From positions 1 through 11,251 of the forward strand of contig JASFYO010000059.1 in NCBI GenBank assembly GCA_045047305.1: a stretch of 11,251 bases of DNA, written 5' to 3'. Below are positions 1 through 4,660 of the stretch, one piece after another. This stretch comes from Planctomycetota bacterium (GTDB lineage: Bacteria > Planctomycetota > UBA1135). Every line of letters starts with the position of its first letter. The first letter of the stretch is position 1. The notes beneath the pieces are model-generated. The model was given only the letters and a program-made list of their open reading frames with translations, had not been told where the DNA came from and made no database searches. A program made the translations under genes and the position numbers.

Positions 1-459
1 CTCATTCCTACCAGCCCGGAATTGGCGCGTCTGCTGAAAGGGAAGACATCGGCCCCGGCGAACTTGGTCACCACTTGGTTTACCACCTGTGCAGCTTGTA
101 AACGAGCGGAGCCGACCTTCGCCGCCATTCGCGAGGCCTTCTCGAAGCAAGAGCTTGGCGTATTTGGTTTCAACAATGACAGCGGCGATTCGAAAAAGGA
201 GATGCAGCAGTACGCCGCACGTTTCCAGCCTTCGTACACCATGCTGTTGGAGCGAACCAAGGCCGATATCAAGGCTTTCAAAGCGATGCAGGACTCGCTG
301 CTTCCGCCCCAGCGCGCGCGGGGTTCGAAAAAGCTGCAAGACGTGAGCCATATGACTCCAAGCTGCGTACTGGTCGATGCGCAGGGGCGCATTTTGCATT
401 CCTGGGCAGGAGTGCCGACGCTTTCGGAATTGAAGCTCTGGCTGTCCAACAACCGATAA
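1..459 (+). CDS. Thioredoxin-fold protein of TlpA/redoxin type, C-terminal part (5'-truncated at window edge)
   Basis: Frame +1 is open from base 1 (LIPTSPELARLL...) to TAA at 457-459, so the TTG at 22 is probably internal. It has WFTTCAACKRAEP, resembling the TlpA WaxWCxxCrxexP motif, then VFGFNND and the C-terminal TPSCVLVDAQGRI (cis-Pro loop plus the 'lvDxxGri' hairpin typical of TlpA/ResA). Confidence 0.75.
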   Translation, partial: LIPTSPELARLLKGKTSAPANLVTTWFTTCAACKRAEPTFAAIREAFSKQELGVFGFNNDSGDSKKEMQQYAARFQPSYTMLLERTKADIKAFKAMQDSLLPPQRARGSKKLQDVSHMTPSCVLVDAQGRILHSWAGVPTLSELKLWLSNNR

Positions 460-464
460 ACAGG

Positions 465-498
465 TATCATTCGGGGTCCGTTTCGTGCGGCCCCCCCC
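465..498 (+). promoter_or_regulatory. Possible -10 hexamer (TATCAT) followed by a GC-rich imperfect hairpin upstream of fabH
   Basis: TATCAT at 465-470; GGGGTCCG (473-480) can pair with CGGCCCCC (488-495) with one mismatch. There is no Shine-Dalgarno before ATG 507 (CCCCCTCAAATCC-ATG). Confidence 0.3.
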
Positions 499-506
499 TC
501 AAATCC

Positions 507-1496
507 ATGGTTGAACTAGTACCCGCAGGCATCGCTGGCATTGGTCACTTCGTCCCAGACCAAGTGATTGATAACGAGTGGTTTACCAAGACTCTGGATA
601 CTTCAGATGAGTGGATTCAACAGCGGACCGGGATTGTGGAACGGCGTTGGTTGCGCGACGATGAAAAGCCCTCCGACATGTTTGTCGGCGCAGGCAAAAT
701 GGCGATGGAAGATGCTGGAGTCAATCCAGAAGACATCGACATGATTGTCATCGGAACGGTTTCGGGGGATTACACGGCTCCTTCAGCAGCTTGCATTGTG
801 CAGGCCCGTCTCGGACTGGGAAAATGTGGCGCCTTCGATGTCGCTGCTGCTTGTTCTGGATTTATGTATGCGCTGGCGGTTGGTTCGCAGTTCATCGAAA
901 CCGGAAGACATAAAAACGTACTTGTGATTGGCGGCGATGCCATGTCACGCATGATCGATAAGCAAGACCGCACCACCGTGGTTTTGTTTGGCGACGGAGC
1001 TGGCGCGGTAGTTTTGCAGCCTCACGCGACCTGCAAGCAAGGGTTAATCGAGGATATTCACATCGGCGCAGATGGCGAAGGCGCTAAGTACATCATTCGC
1101 CCACGCGGCGGTGCAGGTGATCCGATGACCCACGAGATCTTGGATGAGCGTAGTCATTACATCACCATGGAAGGGCGTCCGGTTTATCGATTCGCTGCAT
1201 CGAAAATGATTTGGTTGCTTGACTGGGCTATGCAAGGGCAAGACCCCGATAAGCTGGGCTGGATGATTCCGCACCAAATGAACCGCCGGATTCTGGAACA
1301 AGCCACCAACCATCTCGGTATTCCACCAGAGAAGGTGCTGCACAACATCTCGAAATACGGCAACACCAGTTCCGCTTCGGTGCCCATCCTGATGTCGGAG
1401 GGGTACCACAAAGGGCTCTACGAGAAAGGCACCTACTTGGTGCTTGGCGCTTTCGGTTGTGGCCTCACATGGGCCGGCGCACGAGTTCTTTGGTAG
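507..1496 (+). CDS. fabH: 3-oxoacyl-[acyl-carrier-protein] synthase III (KAS III)
   Basis: 329 aa; DTSDEWIQQRTGIVERR N-terminal motif; catalytic triad Cys (AAACSGF, C116), His (PHQMN) and Asn (YGNTSSAS); also LFGDGAGAVVL and C-terminal AFGCGLTW. Confidence 0.95.
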   Translation: MVELVPAGIAGIGHFVPDQVIDNEWFTKTLDTSDEWIQQRTGIVERRWLRDDEKPSDMFVGAGKMAMEDAGVNPEDIDMIVIGTVSGDYTAPSAACIVQARLGLGKCGAFDVAAACSGFMYALAVGSQFIETGRHKNVLVIGGDAMSRMIDKQDRTTVVLFGDGAGAVVLQPHATCKQGLIEDIHIGADGEGAKYIIRPRGGAGDPMTHEILDERSHYITMEGRPVYRFAASKMIWLLDWAMQGQDPDKLGWMIPHQMNRRILEQATNHLGIPPEKVLHNISKYGNTSSASVPILMSEGYHKGLYEKGTYLVLGAFGCGLTWAGARVLW

Positions 1497-1515
1497 CTCG
1501 CAAAGGCGCGCGAGT
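1496..1515. terminator. Short hairpin between convergent fabH and surE stops (possible weak terminator)
   Basis: CTCGC (1497-1501) and GCGAG (1510-1514) form an inverted repeat in the 31-bp gap. There is no clear U-tract. Confidence 0.2.
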
Positions 1516-1527
1516 GAGGGCAAAGGC

Positions 1528-2406
1528 CTATTTACGGACCTTTAGAGCCCACCCCTGGATGGTTTCCATCATGGCGGTATCGCTCCAATCAGTTCGTAAA
1601 GGTGTCACGGTGATATTTCCCTGATAAAACAAAGCCGTATCGGAATCCGCTGGATTGTTTATGTGAAAGCGCGGTTGGGCTTGCGCCATGGTTTTTCCAT
1701 CTACCGTCTCTATGGAATATCGTGGCACCTTGATGTAAATTTCGCCCATCGGGGTAGCGAGTACGCCTTTGAGGAGCTTGGCGTCGGAGGTTGGGACGTT
1801 GACGTTGTACACTAAGTTCGTCGGCGCATTTTCACCCATGAGTTTTTGCGCCAACTGGACAGCGAAATTGGCAGCTAGGTGGTAGTTGCCTTGCGTGCCG
1901 CGCGGTACGGCTTGCGAGACCGCAAGCGACAGGACTCCCTGCATCGCGCCCTCCATTGCTGCTCCCACAGTGCCAGAATAGTGCGCAATCAATCCAACGT
2001 TGCTGCCATGGTTGATGCCGGATACCACGAGATCGAAGGGCCGATCTTTGCCGACGTGCACGATTCCAAAAGTCACACAATCCGATGGAGTGCCATCGAT
2101 GATCCAAACTTCTGTTGCTCCCTCTATATGCCCTTTGGTCAGTTCTACTGGACCAGAGAAAAGTTGACTGGAGTGACTTGCACCGGAACGGTTAGATGGT
2201 GGCGCGCAAACCACGACTTCTCCTAGGGTGGAAAAAGCCGTCGCAAGTGCGGCAATGCCTGCACTATCGAAGCCATCATCGTTGGTGAGCAAAATACGCA
2301 GTGGTTCCGTCGGAGGAGTGGTTGCTTCTGTCTCCTGAGGTCGGCTAGAAAAGACCATCAGCAAGCCAATGCCGCCGAGGAAGAGTGGACTGTAGAGTGC
2401 CTTCAT
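1528..2406 (-). CDS. surE: 5'/3'-nucleotidase / acid phosphatase SurE with N-terminal signal or anchor segment
   Basis: Canonical SurE motifs RILLTNDDG, NRSGASHS, IDGTPSDCV, DLVVSGINHGSNVG, YSGTVGAAMEG, NVNVP and GNITVTPL. They are preceded by about 35 extra residues including the hydrophobic stretch LFLGGIGLLMVF. The start lies 3 nt after the upstream gene's stop. Confidence 0.93.
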   Translation of the reverse strand: MKALYSPLFLGGIGLLMVFSSRPQETEATTPPTEPLRILLTNDDGFDSAGIAALATAFSTLGEVVVCAPPSNRSGASHSSQLFSGPVELTKGHIEGATEVWIIDGTPSDCVTFGIVHVGKDRPFDLVVSGINHGSNVGLIAHYSGTVGAAMEGAMQGVLSLAVSQAVPRGTQGNYHLAANFAVQLAQKLMGENAPTNLVYNVNVPTSDAKLLKGVLATPMGEIYIKVPRYSIETVDGKTMAQAQPRFHINNPADSDTALFYQGNITVTPLRTDWSDTAMMETIQGWALKVRK

Positions 2407-2409
2407 GAT

Positions 2410-3087
2410 TCAGGATTGCTGTGGTTGGGGATCGAACAGCAGCACTTCTTCAAGGGGTTTACGTTCGATGGCATGGGCAGGGACTTCGCAGTCATCGGCT
2501 GGATAGCCAAGCGGAATCAGCATGTAAGGCTTTTCGTGCGCCGGGCGGCCGAGTAGTTCTCCGAGGAATCGCATAGGGCTCGGGGTGTGGGTGAGCGAAC
2601 TCAAGCCTGCGAATTGCGCAGCCGCGAGCAACATGCCAGTGGCGATGCCGATGGATTCATTGGAGTAATAAGTTTTGCCACCCTCGTCCGTGGTGGTCAG
2701 GCGGAAGATAACCACTAGCCACGGGGCAATGTCTAGGTACTCCTTGACGTCGTCGGTGCCAAGCGGGGCAAGGTCGCGCAACCATGCTTCGCTAGCGCGT
2801 TCCGAGTACAGGGCGCGTTCTTCTTCTTCCGCTCCCATGCGGATGGCATGCTTCAGCTCTGGGTTTGACACGGCCACGAAGCGCCAAGGTTGTTTATTGG
2901 CGCCGCTTGGGGCAGTGGTTGCCGCACGCACAATCCATTCGATGGTTTCACGACTGACTGGCCGAGCAGAGAAAGCACGAATGCTGCGCCGTTGGTTTAA
3001 CACCGAGAAAAAGGACTTTGCAGCTTGTTCAGGCGGGCACTTGGGGTCAAAGGTCGGGCCAAGAGGGAGGAATACCGGTTCGCTCAT
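2410..3087 (-). CDS. Nitroreductase-superfamily flavoprotein, iodotyrosine deiodinase (IYD)-like
   Basis: FMN-binding RRSIRAF and APSGANKQPW, plus IYD-subgroup motifs IRxxAEEEExxxY, WLRDLAPLGT, KEYLDIAP, YYSNESIGIA, LTHTPSPM, LLGRPAHEK and GYP...RKPL. Start set at ATG 3087 (MSEPVFLPL, 225 aa) because the longer 3282 start overlaps the divergent gene. Confidence 0.9.
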   Translation of the reverse strand: MSEPVFLPLGPTFDPKCPPEQAAKSFFSVLNQRRSIRAFSARPVSRETIEWIVRAATTAPSGANKQPWRFVAVSNPELKHAIRMGAEEEERALYSERASEAWLRDLAPLGTDDVKEYLDIAPWLVVIFRLTTTDEGGKTYYSNESIGIATGMLLAAAQFAGLSSLTHTPSPMRFLGELLGRPAHEKPYMLIPLGYPADDCEVPAHAIERKPLEEVLLFDPQPQQS

Positions 3088-3092
3088 GGGAG

Positions 3093-3102
3093 AAACTAAC
3101 AT
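3093..3102. promoter_or_regulatory. Putative overlapping divergent -10 elements (bidirectional promoter, leaderless mRNAs)
   Basis: Plus strand: TAACAT (3097-3102), 6 nt, then GTG 3109. Minus strand: TG-T-TAGTTT (hexamer 3098-3093), 5 nt, then ATG 3087. The two hexamers share the TA at 3097-3098. Confidence 0.45.
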
Positions 3103-3108
3103 GGTGTG

Positions 3109-4641
3109 GTGAAATCGCGCACTCTCTTCTGGTGGACCTGGGCCTTGCTCGGGATGCACGTGTTGTGGATGGTGGTGCGCTTTGGGTTGGGCTTTCCGAT
3201 TTGGGGGGATGAAGCCATGTTGGTGCAAAACTTTCCAAACCTTAGTTACGCTGAGTTGTTTGCGCCGCTTCCAAATGGGCAAGTTGGACCCTTGCTGTGG
3301 TTATGGCTGGAGAAGTTGTTTTTTGATTTGGGCGACGGGTCGGTTTATTGGCTTCGCTTTCCCGCCCTTCTGTCTGGTGTGGTTTCGACATGGCTGATGT
3401 TGCGCTTTTGCCTGCGTTCGTTACCGCAGCCTTCCGCCCTGTTTGCTTTTGCAGTCTTTGCAGCCTCGTATTACCCATTACGTCATGCGGTGGAAGTGAA
3501 GCCCTACGCTTTAGATTTGCTGTTTGCCTTGGTGCAGTTAAATTTGGCACTGGACCTGATCTCTGGGTCCGGAAAACGCTTGCGTAGAAAAGCAATCGCG
3601 TTGGTTGTGATTTCGGCGCTGGGTGTTTGGGCCAGTTATCCATCGTTATTTGTTAGCGGTGGGCTTGCGTTGTACTTTTTTACGCGAAGATCAACCCGCA
3701 TCCATGCCCTAACCGGATTGTTGGTGGTGGGGGGCAGTGCGGTTGCCATGGTGTTGACCTTTGCCTTGCCGCATGCGCGCGCGGCATCATGGTTGATGGA
3801 AATGGATATGTGGACTTCAGCATTTCCACCACTCGACCACATCTGGACTTGGCCATTGTGGTTGATAGAGCGGCATGCCGGCTACATGGCGGCATACCCC
3901 ACTGGCGGACGAGATTACGGCAGTTCGGTGAGTTTACTGCTGATGGTGGTGGGGGGGATAGGCCTATGGCGGTGTCGTCAACGCGCATTCTTGGGTTTGC
4001 TGTTGGGGCCATTGCTATTCAATCTGGTTGCTGCGGCGGGAAAGTTTTACCCCTATGGAGGGAGCGTGCGCGTTTCCATTTTTATGGCACCAGCGTTTTG
4101 CCTTTTGATGGGACATGGGCTTGCGTTAAGTATTCAGCGACTAAAACTTACGGCACAAGGCTTGGTCTCCCATGGAATTTGCATTTTGCTGTTCGCCTTC
4201 GCCACTCTTGGCCTTATCCGGGACATACGCCAGCCCTACAAGACGGAAGGCGATGTGCGTGCCGCCGAGTTCGCGACTTGGATGGAGCAGCATGTTGCCC
4301 CTGGCGAGTCTGTTTATGCCTGGTGTAATCAAAAAGATGGAGTGCCAGACTTTCATGGCCTTGGCGGGTCTGTGGCAAGACTTCGTGTGCAACTGCGCCA
4401 AGCACACGTAGAGGTGGATTGGATGAACCGCTCTGCGCAAGAGTCGTTCCCTGGCTCTCGCTCGGTAGGCGAAACTTTTTGGATTTTGGCCTATACCGAT
4501 GACAACGATAGCGGAATGCCATTTCCTGGCGCAGAGTTTCAGGCCAAACTCGAAGCCCTTGGCTTAGTAGGCTTTTCATCCGAACACATTGGTTTTCCTA
4601 TGTACAAGGCGGAAAAAATCGATTTGTATCGATTCGATTAA
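3109..4641 (+). CDS. Polytopic membrane glycosyltransferase, GT-C fold (PMT_2/ArnT/GT39-like)
   Basis: About 510 aa with many hydrophobic segments; acidic WGDE motif in the first extracytoplasmic loop, LRFPALLSG and EVKPYALD (cf. eaRpY), and a soluble C-terminal domain. Start is GTG 3109, with GTG 3106 as an alternative. Confidence 0.8.
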   Translation: MKSRTLFWWTWALLGMHVLWMVVRFGLGFPIWGDEAMLVQNFPNLSYAELFAPLPNGQVGPLLWLWLEKLFFDLGDGSVYWLRFPALLSGVVSTWLMLRFCLRSLPQPSALFAFAVFAASYYPLRHAVEVKPYALDLLFALVQLNLALDLISGSGKRLRRKAIALVVISALGVWASYPSLFVSGGLALYFFTRRSTRIHALTGLLVVGGSAVAMVLTFALPHARAASWLMEMDMWTSAFPPLDHIWTWPLWLIERHAGYMAAYPTGGRDYGSSVSLLLMVVGGIGLWRCRQRAFLGLLLGPLLFNLVAAAGKFYPYGGSVRVSIFMAPAFCLLMGHGLALSIQRLKLTAQGLVSHGICILLFAFATLGLIRDIRQPYKTEGDVRAAEFATWMEQHVAPGESVYAWCNQKDGVPDFHGLGGSVARLRVQLRQAHVEVDWMNRSAQESFPGSRSVGETFWILAYTDDNDSGMPFPGAEFQAKLEALGLVGFSSEHIGFPMYKAEKIDLYRFD

Positions 4642-4645
4642 GGTG

Positions 4646-4659
4646 AGTTAGGATAGGCG
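4646..4659 (+). repeat. Direct repeat copy 1, AGTTAGGATAGGCG (copy 2 at 6792-6806)
   Basis: Read directly: 4646-4659 is AGTTAGGATAGGCG and 6792-6806 is AGTTAGGGATAGGCG, identical except for one extra G. Confidence 0.5.
4649..4654 (+). promoter_or_regulatory. Putative -10 element (TAGGAT) positioned for a leaderless peptidase mRNA
   Basis: TAGGAT at 4649-4654, 6 nt (AGGCGT), then ATG 4661; same geometry as at 3097-3109. The purines here could alternatively act as a weak Shine-Dalgarno. Confidence 0.35.
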
Positions 4660-4660
4660 T

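Noticed and set aside
22..24. TTG 22 as start of the redoxin, and likewise TTG 11238 as start of the helicase
   Set aside because: Both frames stay open to the window edge. The helicase lacks motifs I-IV, so it is clearly truncated; the redoxin probably is too.
491..498. C8 homopolymer upstream of fabH as a phase-variation tract
   Set aside because: It is short, intergenic, downstream of the putative -10 box and partly explained as a hairpin arm. Nothing shows length variation without reads.
1044..1523. 159-aa antisense ORF over fabH, and similar ones at 2675-3112, 6218-6748 and 10385-10732
   Set aside because: These are antisense shadows of conserved genes with no motif or independent expression signal.
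1500..1527. GCAAAGGC repeated twice (1500-1507 and 1520-1527) between fabH and surE
   Set aside because: An 8-bp match between convergent 3' ends is too short to distinguish from chance and is an unlikely operator position.
3088..3282. 65-aa N-terminal extension of the nitroreductase ORF given in the ORF track (start 3282)
   Set aside because: It overlaps the first ~58 codons of the divergent glycosyltransferase, including its conserved WGDE motif. The His/Pro/Gln richness is just the antisense of TG-rich hydrophobic codons, and the IYD-like sequence begins at MSEP (3087).
3242..4579. Several alternative-frame and antisense ORFs within the glycosyltransferase (e.g. 3789-4328 +, 3242-3643 -, 4214-4579 -)
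   Set aside because: They are fully nested in a well-supported CDS, show no recognisable motifs, and are expected as shadow ORFs at this GC content.
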